This document shows positions 19,065 through 28,824 of a stretch of DNA of 64,000 nucleotides, piece after piece; the stretch's first letter is position 1; each line of letters opens with the position of its first letter. The stretch covers positions 73,517-137,516 of the forward strand of contig JAHJTE010000002.1 in NCBI GenBank assembly GCA_018830005.1, read 5' to 3'. The translations under genes and the position numbers were made by a program. This DNA is from Candidatus Omnitrophota bacterium (GTDB lineage: Bacteria; Omnitrophota; Gorgyraeia; JAHJTE01). Under the pieces are notes generated by a model. That model did not search any database, was not told where the DNA came from, and saw only the letters and a program-made list of their open reading frames with translations.

Positions 19065-21041
19065 TTATGTTCTTACTTTACAGTTGTATTCCAATGATTG
19101 ATAAAGGCACTCAGTACTTTTAACCATCCTATCAATGGAAAAATGCCGACGCACCCGTTTATGTCCGGTCTCTCCCATCTTTTTGGCCAAGACTGGATCT
19201 TTGATTAATTTTTCCATTGTATCGGCCAAAGCCGTCGCATTATCAGGCGGCACCAAATATCCTGTCTCACCATTTACGACTTGCTCTCCATTGCCACCCA
19301 CATCTGTTGCAATAACAGGAATCCTTTTCTCCATACATTCACAGATAGCAACAGAAAGCCCTTCGGTTATAGAAGAAAGAACCGATATATCCGCTACATC
19401 CAAAATTCTTGGCACATCTTTTCGCAAACCCGTAAATGTTAATTTATGTTTATCAATCAAATCCTGCCCTTGTCTTATAAGAGACTCTTTCAAGGGCCCC
19501 TCCCCGATGATAAAAGCATTAAAATCTATATCCTTAAGATCAAGCATTCTCAATGCCTCAATAAAAATATGATTGGCTTTTTGGGGAACTAACCGTCCAA
19601 TATTGACAATTACAGGATCGGCGTTGCGCATATTCAATTCGTCACGTATTGCTTGGATATGCGTTTTGTTTGTTATTTTTTCGCTTGGCGGAACACAGTT
19701 GTAAATCACTTCCATTTTTGAAATGGGAATCCCAACAATATTTGCGTAAAACTTTTTAACCTCCTTACTAACAACGATAACTTTATCGGTCACGCGCGAT
19801 AAAATCCTATCGAACATTTTTTGATACCATTTTTTCCAGAAATCTACATTTTGCTCTGTCGCAATAGTAACAGGGGTATTTGTCAATTTAGCGGCAATGC
19901 GGCCCCAGAAGTTTCCACCCCACATATGCGTATGAACAATATGAATATCGTTGCCTCTAATAATTTTCATAATTCTTCCAATGATCGAGAAATCTATACC
20001 TCTTTTTTTATTCAGTGCAAATATTTTGACGACTGAATCTCTTACCGAATCAGCAAATTCGCCTTCGTCATTCAGGCAACATAAGAATAATCTGTACTTA
20101 TCTTTATTCGTGCCGCGAATCAAATGGATAAGAGCTTGTTCCCCACCACCCAAGCCGAGACTCCAAATTACATGTAAAATATTAATTTTGGTATTCGCCT
20201 TATGCCTTTTATTATTCGTCTCGCGTTTTAATTCTTTTCGTTTCTGCACTTGCTTATGCATCCATTCAAAAGCTCCGGCTATTTTTTTCCTAAAATCAAA
20301 CAAATTGTCAAAACCGCTTATTTCTATCCGCTGCATTTCCAAAGCTGGAGTTTCTTCAGTATTTATGCCCGGTTTTATAGTAAAAGCGACACCGCACCCT
20401 ATTTCCTTTAAAATCTCTAATGTATCTTGATTGTAATCACCATAAGGATAACAGAATATCTTCTGGTCAATTTCAGAATTAAGATGCTGACGCAATATGG
20501 CAATGCCTTTAAGAATTTCTTCTTTTTGTTGGCTCTTGGTTAGCTGTGACAAATGAAGGTGTGTAGCTGTGTGATTGCCAAACGTAATTTCACCTTCAGC
20601 CATTTTTTTTACTTCTTGCCAATTTAACATATCAGGGTCTGGCATTTGAACAAAGCGCTGGGCTTTATAATTAGTCCCAATTCTATCCGTTGCTAAAAAG
20701 ATACAAGCTGATAAATTTAATTCCTTAAGAATAGGGTGAGCATTCAAATAATTATCACGATAGCCGTCGTCAAAAGTTATAACAACTACGGGTTTTTGCT
20801 GGTTATAAATTAGCTTTATTCTATTTTCCGGGTTAATCAGTTCTGTTACGCTGACAACCTTACAGTGTTTTTTTAAATACTTTGCCTGTGCATGAAAAAT
20901 AGCTACGGGCGTATTGAGCTCGCTGGGGGGTAAATCATCGTTAACCCGATGATATGTCAAGACAATAATACCTTCCCGCTTTTTAAAGAAACTCAATAGA
21001 TAAAAAAATGTGCTCAGTAGTGATCTGGCAATATATTTCAT
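19065..21041 (-). CDS. Fusion: NodB-type polysaccharide deacetylase (N-term) + GT4 glycosyltransferase (C-term)
   Basis: VVITFDDGYRDNY and FGNHTATH (NodB motifs); C-terminal GT4 EX7E (EGLSVAICE) and GETGYLV. Confidence 0.75.
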   Translation of the reverse strand: MKYIARSLLSTFFYLLSFFKKREGIIVLTYHRVNDDLPPSELNTPVAIFHAQAKYLKKHCKVVSVTELINPENRIKLIYNQQKPVVVITFDDGYRDNYLNAHPILKELNLSACIFLATDRIGTNYKAQRFVQMPDPDMLNWQEVKKMAEGEITFGNHTATHLHLSQLTKSQQKEEILKGIAILRQHLNSEIDQKIFCYPYGDYNQDTLEILKEIGCGVAFTIKPGINTEETPALEMQRIEISGFDNLFDFRKKIAGAFEWMHKQVQKRKELKRETNNKRHKANTKINILHVIWSLGLGGGEQALIHLIRGTNKDKYRLFLCCLNDEGEFADSVRDSVVKIFALNKKRGIDFSIIGRIMKIIRGNDIHIVHTHMWGGNFWGRIAAKLTNTPVTIATEQNVDFWKKWYQKMFDRILSRVTDKVIVVSKEVKKFYANIVGIPISKMEVIYNCVPPSEKITNKTHIQAIRDELNMRNADPVIVNIGRLVPQKANHIFIEALRMLDLKDIDFNAFIIGEGPLKESLIRQGQDLIDKHKLTFTGLRKDVPRILDVADISVLSSITEGLSVAICECMEKRIPVIATDVGGNGEQVVNGETGYLVPPDNATALADTMEKLIKDPVLAKKMGETGHKRVRRHFSIDRMVKSTECLYQSLEYNCKVRT

Positions 21042-23362
21042 AAACTACCCATAAACAAATTTCTTAACTGTGCCGCGTTATTTATTACATCGAATTTTTC
21101 TTTTACGATTCTCTGCGCTGAAACTAACAACTTTTCTCTGAGTTTATTGTCATGATATAACTTTTCGATGGCATCGGCAATCATTGCAGAATTCTTTTCA
21201 GGAATAATCAAGCCAGTTTCTCCGTCCTTAATTAATTCCGGAAGAGACGGTAACATCGTACAAATAACCGACGCACCGGCCGCAATGGCCTCCATAAGCA
21301 CATTAGGTATGCCCCAGTGAATTTCGGGAACCATAGACAGTACAAAAACATCAGCTTGTCGATAAATCGGTATAAGCCGTTCCTGAGTTACATAGCCCGT
21401 TATCTCAACATTATCTTTGAGGTTTAGTGAATCGACTTGAGCCTTTAGCTCTTCTTCTAACTTACCACCACCGGCAATCGTACATTTGAATGAGAAACCT
21501 CTCTCTTTTAATATCTTGCATGCGTCAATAAGATACTTAAATCCTTTACATTCAAGTAATGAGCCTACTGATAATATTCTAAAAATTCCGCCATCTTCTT
21601 TAATTTTTTTTCGGGGGACCAATCTACTAATATCAATACCATGATAATTAATGATGATTTTCTTAGGTTCAAAATGACGTTTATTTCGGTTTTGCACCAC
21701 ATCAAGTAGGCGCCTTTTATTATCAGCTGTACATGTTGTTATAAACCTGGCATAATGCATTTTTTCAGCCAGCATAGTTGTATCGAGATAGATATCATGG
21801 GCATGCCCTGTAAAACTAAATAGGATTCGATTTACCTTAGAGATAACAAAGGCAATTGTTGCCGGATATGTAGCCCATTGACCATGAACATGTGTAATTT
21901 TTTGCTTCTTAGTTAACCAAGCAAAACCAATTGTTTTAGGCCAAGCAATCATCGTCTTTAAGAAAAAGTTTGGGCTCGCAATATTGCCAAAGAAGACTAC
22001 TGTAAAAGCAGTAATATATCGAATCGGATAGCGAATGAAATAAAACAGGTTAATGGCGATTACCTTTAAGGATATAAAAGGAAGGTAATGCGTTATGTCT
22101 ATTAAACCTTTTGCTTCTTCATGAATGATTTCGTCTTTCGGCGTTTTGATTGAATAAATGATAAAATTCAATCCGCTTTTTTTTAATTGTGCGAGTTCAC
22201 GCAAAATAAATGTCTCGCTATACCGAGGGAATGAGGAAACGATAAACGCGACCTTGGGTTTTAACAACTGTTGATAAAGATCTTCTGTATTCTGTGCTAA
22301 TTTCTGGGAGCTAAAGTGTTTTCTAACGCGATTGTATCCTGCTTGCCCCATACGTGTTCTTAATTCTTTATTGTTCAATAATTGAATTAACTTTTCAGCC
22401 ATAAATTGAGGATTGGACTCTGGAACAAAAAAACCTGTTTTGTTATTGATAATCAATTCCTGACATCCGTCGACATTAGTAGCCACAACAGGCTTGGAGC
22501 AAGCCATATACTCTAAAATCACATTAGGGCAACCCTCATAATGCGTCGAAAGTACGCCAACGTCTATCATATTACTTAAATCAGGCATATCCTTGCGCAC
22601 ACCTGTGAAAATTATGTTAGGAATTCCTTGTTTCTTTACGTATTGTTCAAGCTCTGCCTTCTTTTTACCGTCTCCTATAGCGAGGAAATAAACATTCTTC
22701 ATGAGCCCAGATACTCCTACAGCCGCGGCAAAAAATGTTTCATAATCCTTTTGCAGACTAAAACGGGCTACCATGCCCACGATAAGCGCATCTTCAGGGA
22801 TACCCAAATCTTTGCGCAATTCCTGTGGATGACTCAAGTGTTCAAAACGCTTTGTATCCATTCCATTGTAGATTGTTACAATTTTTTTCGAATCGAGCTT
22901 TCTTTCACGTATCAAGAATGTTCTAAGCGATTCGGCATTTACCGTAATGACATCCGTAAACCACGATAAAATTCTATCCGCAAATATATGGTGAGGCTTC
23001 ATCCATAAATTCCGGTCCCGAATAGAACAAATAATATTTTTTATACCAGCAATCTTTGCGGCTAAACGACCATAACAATCCGCCGTAAATAAATATGTGT
23101 GGACAATTTGAGGTTTCTCCTTCTTAAACAGACGAATCATATCAATTAACGTCCGCGCATTAAAGAACCCCTTGTGTCGAAAACTGATAATCTCATAACC
23201 TAAATCACTAATTTTATGGCCTAATAAATTGTAAGTCTCGTCTAAATTGACAATTTTAATATCGTACACATTGCGATTAGCAAACTTGAGATACTCAAGA
23301 ATCTGTTGTTGTGCCCCTCCTATCCCCAGATGGTCAATAACGATGATAAGCTTAGTCTTCAC
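21038..23362 (-). CDS. Tandem double GT4 glycosyltransferase
   Basis: Two separate GT4 C-terminal signatures: EGCPNVILE...TGFFV and HWGIPNVLMEAIAAG...GETGLII. Confidence 0.7.
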   Translation of the reverse strand: MKTKLIIVIDHLGIGGAQQQILEYLKFANRNVYDIKIVNLDETYNLLGHKISDLGYEIISFRHKGFFNARTLIDMIRLFKKEKPQIVHTYLFTADCYGRLAAKIAGIKNIICSIRDRNLWMKPHHIFADRILSWFTDVITVNAESLRTFLIRERKLDSKKIVTIYNGMDTKRFEHLSHPQELRKDLGIPEDALIVGMVARFSLQKDYETFFAAAVGVSGLMKNVYFLAIGDGKKKAELEQYVKKQGIPNIIFTGVRKDMPDLSNMIDVGVLSTHYEGCPNVILEYMACSKPVVATNVDGCQELIINNKTGFFVPESNPQFMAEKLIQLLNNKELRTRMGQAGYNRVRKHFSSQKLAQNTEDLYQQLLKPKVAFIVSSFPRYSETFILRELAQLKKSGLNFIIYSIKTPKDEIIHEEAKGLIDITHYLPFISLKVIAINLFYFIRYPIRYITAFTVVFFGNIASPNFFLKTMIAWPKTIGFAWLTKKQKITHVHGQWATYPATIAFVISKVNRILFSFTGHAHDIYLDTTMLAEKMHYARFITTCTADNKRRLLDVVQNRNKRHFEPKKIIINYHGIDISRLVPRKKIKEDGGIFRILSVGSLLECKGFKYLIDACKILKERGFSFKCTIAGGGKLEEELKAQVDSLNLKDNVEITGYVTQERLIPIYRQADVFVLSMVPEIHWGIPNVLMEAIAAGASVICTMLPSLPELIKDGETGLIIPEKNSAMIADAIEKLYHDNKLREKLLVSAQRIVKEKFDVINNAAQLRNLFMGSL

Positions 23363-23415
23363 AATTTACTCCCATGAACGATAGGCCCCGCCTTCTTTTA
23401 ATCCGCAAATGCCAC

Positions 23416-26400
23416 TCATTGATTTACCTTATCCTTCTTAATAAACTCAAAAGCCCCGATATCCGGGAATCCGTCACTCCGAAGATTATTATCATAATCA
23501 TTGGTGATGCTGTTAATAATAACACCGGCATCAATTGCCTTAGAATTCACTGTAAGCTTAAGACCACCGTCCGTAAAAGTATCATCGTTGGCAAATCCCG
23601 GCTCAGCAAACTTACTCCCCTTCTCTTGCTCTGGATAATCCACCTTTTTTAACCATGTTTTAAAATCAATATCATTCGCCCTAAACCATTTAGAGCCAAG
23701 ATGAAAGGGCTTTTTCTTACTGGAATGATACCAAAGGTTATGATCAAAAGACAAACCAAGAAAAGGCTCGCGTCTCCCTAATGGATCGGTCTTTATGTGT
23801 AGCAGATAAGTACTTGAATGCTTGGCAGAGACAATATTATTAAAAATGGAAACATTTTCATTGTTTCCACCATTATATGGAATCTTAATTCCTATAAAGT
23901 CTTCACCATTACCTTTTGCGTTCGGAAGGACAATGGTATTGTGGGCAATGAGAATATTTTTCATAGCGGAACCCCTAACGGCACCATAATGCGTTATTCC
24001 TCTGCGACAATTGACAATAATATTATTAGTAATCCTTATATTAGAGGTAACAGCTGGAGATTTTTCGTCGGCTGTCATGATACCCTCCGCTCTAAGACGC
24101 CGAAAACATTTTCCATCACGCGAGTTCTTGTCACCGTTGTTATATAAATCTCGCATATTAGGTTCATGACAGAAAATAAGATTCCCCTCGACAAGCACAT
24201 CTTTCCTCTTATTTATGTAGATATTGACGCTCCAATTATCAGAAACTATGTTATCTTTAATAATAGCGCCGTCCCCAGGCGCACCTATACCTTCACCGCC
24301 GTTTTGACTGATGATATTACCGATAATTTTTACATCTTTAGCATAAAAACCATCAATACCTTTACCCCAGCCACTGTCTTTCCATCTTCCTCTTGGCCAA
24401 TTACGCATGAAGTTATAATAAATGCGATTCTTAATAATTTCTGTGCCGTGGGAGACCTTTTTCCCATAATTAAACATGCTAATACCACTGTTACCGTTAA
24501 AGAGAATATTGCATCGTTCGATTCGGTTATGGTCGCCCAATATCTCAATGCCTTTGCCTCCGGCATACTTTATCGTTAAACCATAGAGCGTAACATACTG
24601 AGCCCCGCTTAAGAATATGGCATGCTGTTTTTTACTATCCTCAATAACCCCAACTTCAGAATCATTGGGGTTGGTTCCGTTTGGCGCGTAAACATAGAGA
24701 ACTTTTTCTTTCCAGCTGTAATACCATGTTTCTTCCTTTACATCCCTTAAGGAAAATTCTGGGAAAAGTGGCGTTTCATTAATAACAACAGCAACCGGTT
24801 TATCCAAACATTCGGTTTTATAGATATTTCGTTTATACGGTAACCATTTGCCGATATTCATCGATGCATCAATAACGACTTCCCCGTCTCCAAAAGGGCC
24901 AATCATTATTCGGTTCTCAGGGCTTCCCTTCTGGTAAATAGTAATTCGATTTATTTTATATCGACCGGATTTTATAAGAATTATGTCGCCCCCTTTTAAT
25001 TCTTTAAGGGCTCTCTCGATGGTTTTGAACGCATGATCTAGAGAATTACCGATGTTTCCATCATTTCCATTTTTCCCATCAACATAATAGTCTCTGCCGA
25101 TTGGAGTATGCGAAAAATCGTTATAAACACTAAGTGCTTTTGTGCCGCTGGAATTCCACCAACGACTATCGGTTTGCGCATATGCTGATGGAACAATAAA
25201 GAAAATAAATGCTATTACGCCGAGCAGGGCGACATTATGCCTTTTATTGTTTTTTCTATTCGACACTACCTGTTTCCCTTGGGCAACAAATCCTTTGCTA
25301 GCAGCTAATAACCCCAATATTATCCAAAAACTACCTACGACATTATCTCGGAAAAAATTAGAGTAAAATATGTTAACAACCATTAATGCCGTTAAACAGC
25401 CGATAAAACCTGCACCTAAATAATTAAATTCAGATTTTATTAGTGTTTTTGCTTCAAAGAATATGCACCATAACAACCACAAAAAGGCCAAAAGCCCCAA
25501 ACTGCCCATCTCCGCCATAATTTGAATAAAGCCATTGTGCGGATCAAAATTGCGCTCATAAGAAATCCGATAGTCCAACTGATTAAAGCCTATTCCCATT
25601 ATAGGATGTGCATAAAACAAATCCAATGCCACTTGCCATTTGAAAATGCGGCCTTGTGAACCTACATCAAGACTGGAAATATCAAGACTCTCTTCGGATT
25701 GCTGCTCATCGACCGTAACCGTGTCATCAATGCGATTAATGAGTGATTGAGGCATCCAATAGCGCCATTTTATTATTCCCAAGGAACCGACGATACACAG
25801 CATAACAATCAAAATTTTTGAGCGCTTCAAAAGAAATTTAAATGAAGAAAAAAACGTAATCGCGCTTCCGAGAATAATCGCGAGTAACGAACCTCTGGAA
25901 TAAGTAGACAACACGCCAGCAAAAATAGCAATAAATCCAATTCCACTAATCAACTTTAATATTTTCTGCTTAGCAAAAAGAAAATAAGAAAATAAAAAAG
26001 GGCCGAACATAGCTAAAAATGCTCCTGCGATATCCGAAGCCCTCCATGATTCACCGAAGGGACCAAATCCTCTTTTGTGGTCGGCAAAACTGGGCCCTTC
26101 CAATATTCCGGTGCGAAATGTATAAAAACCAATAATAGCAAGACTAATTAAAAAAACATTAAAAAGTAATCGCGATTCTTTTTTTGTCTTTACGCAGTAA
26201 GTAAAAACAAAATACCCGATTGGCAAAGTAATAAGCCTTTTAAAGTTCGTGGCTAGTACTATTACCGGCGTTCCCACGGATTGTATGGTTTGAAACACTG
26301 CATAAAAAAAAGACACTGTCCAAATAAACAAAAAAAAGAATAATGGAAGTTCAAATTTTGGACGTATCCTCAGGTGTTTTCTTCCGGAGATGAGCATTCC

Positions 26401-26508
26401 TAAAAAAATTACATTAAATATATCCACAATCGCTCCCACAGGAAGCTGCGGAATCTTAAGTCGAAACGGGAGATAAAACATATAAAGAATGAATATAAAA
26501 GTTTTCAT
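23416..26508 (-). CDS. Fusion: Wzy/O-antigen-ligase-like polytopic membrane domain + periplasmic right-handed parallel beta-helix domain
   Basis: N-terminal about 430 aa with more than 10 TM and Wzy_C signature HNGFIQIMAEMGSLGLL; C-terminal about 580 aa with YYVDGKNGNDGNIG...GDIILIKSGRY and repeated NxxxxN/G-rich beta-helix rungs. Confidence 0.65.
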   Translation of the reverse strand: MKTFIFILYMFYLPFRLKIPQLPVGAIVDIFNVIFLGMLISGRKHLRIRPKFELPLFFFLFIWTVSFFYAVFQTIQSVGTPVIVLATNFKRLITLPIGYFVFTYCVKTKKESRLLFNVFLISLAIIGFYTFRTGILEGPSFADHKRGFGPFGESWRASDIAGAFLAMFGPFLFSYFLFAKQKILKLISGIGFIAIFAGVLSTYSRGSLLAIILGSAITFFSSFKFLLKRSKILIVMLCIVGSLGIIKWRYWMPQSLINRIDDTVTVDEQQSEESLDISSLDVGSQGRIFKWQVALDLFYAHPIMGIGFNQLDYRISYERNFDPHNGFIQIMAEMGSLGLLAFLWLLWCIFFEAKTLIKSEFNYLGAGFIGCLTALMVVNIFYSNFFRDNVVGSFWIILGLLAASKGFVAQGKQVVSNRKNNKRHNVALLGVIAFIFFIVPSAYAQTDSRWWNSSGTKALSVYNDFSHTPIGRDYYVDGKNGNDGNIGNSLDHAFKTIERALKELKGGDIILIKSGRYKINRITIYQKGSPENRIMIGPFGDGEVVIDASMNIGKWLPYKRNIYKTECLDKPVAVVINETPLFPEFSLRDVKEETWYYSWKEKVLYVYAPNGTNPNDSEVGVIEDSKKQHAIFLSGAQYVTLYGLTIKYAGGKGIEILGDHNRIERCNILFNGNSGISMFNYGKKVSHGTEIIKNRIYYNFMRNWPRGRWKDSGWGKGIDGFYAKDVKIIGNIISQNGGEGIGAPGDGAIIKDNIVSDNWSVNIYINKRKDVLVEGNLIFCHEPNMRDLYNNGDKNSRDGKCFRRLRAEGIMTADEKSPAVTSNIRITNNIIVNCRRGITHYGAVRGSAMKNILIAHNTIVLPNAKGNGEDFIGIKIPYNGGNNENVSIFNNIVSAKHSSTYLLHIKTDPLGRREPFLGLSFDHNLWYHSSKKKPFHLGSKWFRANDIDFKTWLKKVDYPEQEKGSKFAEPGFANDDTFTDGGLKLTVNSKAIDAGVIINSITNDYDNNLRSDGFPDIGAFEFIKKDKVNQ

Positions 26509-26512
26509 CGGT

Positions 26513-27682
26513 TTAGCTTCTCGACAATGCCCTTCGATATATCTCTTCTATTTTCCGAGCCTCATCCGTTACATTAAAAACTTCTTCGGCCCTTTTACGT
26601 CCCCTCACGCCCATTGTTTTAGCCACATCGGGGTTTTTTAGAAGATACATCATTTTTTCTACCATAGCTTCAATGTCTCCGGGAGGCACGATAAATCCGG
26701 TATCGCTATCAACAACAACCTCAGATGGCCCCGGGATATTCGTCACAATGACTGGTTTTTGTAATGCCATAGCTTCAATAATTACATTTGGCATGCCTTC
26801 GGGAAACGTTGTTGACGCCAAAACCATAATATCCAAACCGGATATAATATCTTTTATATCGTTTCGCCAGCCCGTGAAAATCACGTTTTCTGTTAGCCCG
26901 TTTTTTTCAGTCAATTTTTTTACTTCAGAAAAATATTGTTTATCTCCACCTTTCGAATCACCAACGACGACAAACTTCACATCCGGCATATTCTCTATAA
27001 CGCACTTTGCCGCCAAGATAAATTCTTTTTGGCCTTTTCCTTCAACAATTCTTCCTACCATACCCACGAGCCGAGAAGAATTTAGTTCAAATTCATTCTT
27101 GAACTTTTCCGGATGAACATCATTGAATTCTCCTAAATCAATTCCATCATACACAATATTAATTTTGTTTTGTGGAATATCATTCTGATAAGTCTTAAGC
27201 GCTGCTTTATTTAAAATAAGAAATTGATTGATGAATCTGACAAAAAAACTTTCGCGCCTAATAAGCTTTCGCGTTTGCCTAACATGACAAAAAACCTTTC
27301 TGTTTGACAATCTCCCTGCGATAATCATAGGAATGCCAGAAATAATATTGGTATTTATGTGGATTAATTTTATGTTTTCCCTCCAAATAAAAAATAACAG
27401 TTTAAACGAAAGCGGTATCACGCGAAAAATAAATAAGAATAAAAAAAGTAATTTTCCGGCATTATCAATATCTTCTGCATTTTTAAACGGTATTTCTATA
27501 ACCCGAAACCCAGCTGATTCTATCCGCTTGAATTGAGGCCCTCTGTTATGAATAACAACAATTGGGAAGAATGTATCTATATCCAAGTTTTTTAAAATAT
27601 GGTACAAATTACTTCCTGAACCTCCAAAACCAGAGCTTGCTTCATAGAATAGAACGTTTAATTTTGCCACAATTGTCTCCAA
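26513..27682 (-). CDS. GT4 glycosyltransferase
   Basis: EX7E EGMPNVIIEAMAL and DTGFIV. Confidence 0.8.
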   Translation of the reverse strand: METIVAKLNVLFYEASSGFGGSGSNLYHILKNLDIDTFFPIVVIHNRGPQFKRIESAGFRVIEIPFKNAEDIDNAGKLLFLFLFIFRVIPLSFKLLFFIWRENIKLIHINTNIISGIPMIIAGRLSNRKVFCHVRQTRKLIRRESFFVRFINQFLILNKAALKTYQNDIPQNKINIVYDGIDLGEFNDVHPEKFKNEFELNSSRLVGMVGRIVEGKGQKEFILAAKCVIENMPDVKFVVVGDSKGGDKQYFSEVKKLTEKNGLTENVIFTGWRNDIKDIISGLDIMVLASTTFPEGMPNVIIEAMALQKPVIVTNIPGPSEVVVDSDTGFIVPPGDIEAMVEKMMYLLKNPDVAKTMGVRGRKRAEEVFNVTDEARKIEEIYRRALSRS

Positions 27683-27725
27683 TTTCGTAAATAAATATAT
27701 AAATCCATGATTTCATTATTAAACT

Positions 27726-28814
27726 TTAAACATTAATAGCCGCAGAGATAAAATTGCTTCTTTTTCGTTGAATATCTTTATAATAACTAACACGATCAAA
27801 TATTTTCTTCTGAATTATTTCTGTATTGTCGTATAGCTCATTTATATTATCTATTATTAAATCTAGCGATAAATTATCCGTCCGCATGTTAAATTTCTCA
27901 AGCCCCATAGACATCATAAAATCAAGACATTTAGGTCTGTATTCAAGCATAATCGAAGGAGTATATGAACACATAGCTAAGATAACAGAATGCATTTTTT
28001 CTCCTACAAACAAATCGCATGTCTCGAAAAATTGCATAATTTTACGCATTGATTTATATTCATTGAATACCGATACACCCCTACCAATTTTTCTTGCTGC
28101 TGTTTTAATAAACAATAAATCTTTTTCGCAAACTGGCATGAATTTGATATTCCATTTTTTACTGAGCATAATATTAGCGAATTTAACAATAAACTCTAGA
28201 ATATCGTCGTCTCTTCCCCATTGTCCAGAATCAGATACGCCAATATTGATGCCAATAACTTTCCTCCTTTTTTTCGCAATAATACCCGGCTTTGCTAACG
28301 ATAATGAAATGTCGCCAATGACTTCTGCTTTATCAAATCCTCGCTCGCATAATAATTGTTGTGATATCGGGCCTCTTACTCCTACAAATATTGATTTATT
28401 TAAAATTTCTAACCATTCATTTAGTGAATCTTGCCAATTTTTGACTCTATTCCAAAAAATCGGATTCCTAACACCTGTCCCAAAAACGAAAGTTTTACCA
28501 TATCTTTCTTGGGCTATTCTGTATTTTTCATGATATCCTTTAGCATTAATCAGTGTACCGCCGCCTTGACATACAGCTTGAAACATTTCCCTTTTTTTAA
28601 TTTTTTCGAATAATTCAATTTTGTGGGTAAATTTAAACGGCAATACGTCAAACTGACAAAAAAGTCTTTTAAATGCTTCGAACATTATCTCATCACCGAG
28701 ATTACCAAAGCCTACCCATCCAATATACCCTATTCGCCTTTTAAATGGCAATAGATACCGCCAATTCCTTCCTGCTGAGTTAATAATTGATAAAAAAGAT
28801 GCCATGTTATCCAA
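27726..28814 (-). CDS. Polysaccharide pyruvyl transferase (CsaB/WcaK family)
   Basis: IGYIGWVGFGNLGDEIMFEAF N-terminal signature of PS_pyruv_trans. Confidence 0.65.
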   Translation of the reverse strand: MDNMASFLSIINSAGRNWRYLLPFKRRIGYIGWVGFGNLGDEIMFEAFKRLFCQFDVLPFKFTHKIELFEKIKKREMFQAVCQGGGTLINAKGYHEKYRIAQERYGKTFVFGTGVRNPIFWNRVKNWQDSLNEWLEILNKSIFVGVRGPISQQLLCERGFDKAEVIGDISLSLAKPGIIAKKRRKVIGINIGVSDSGQWGRDDDILEFIVKFANIMLSKKWNIKFMPVCEKDLLFIKTAARKIGRGVSVFNEYKSMRKIMQFFETCDLFVGEKMHSVILAMCSYTPSIMLEYRPKCLDFMMSMGLEKFNMRTDNLSLDLIIDNINELYDNTEIIQKKIFDRVSYYKDIQRKRSNFISAAINV

Positions 28815-28824
28815 TATAAATCAT

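Noticed and set aside
19065-23362. Large fused GT genes considered as assembly chimeras or pseudogenes
   Set aside because: Each is one uninterrupted frame with intact catalytic motifs in both halves, and neighbouring genes overlap by 4 nt in operon fashion. No internal stops or frame breaks are visible.
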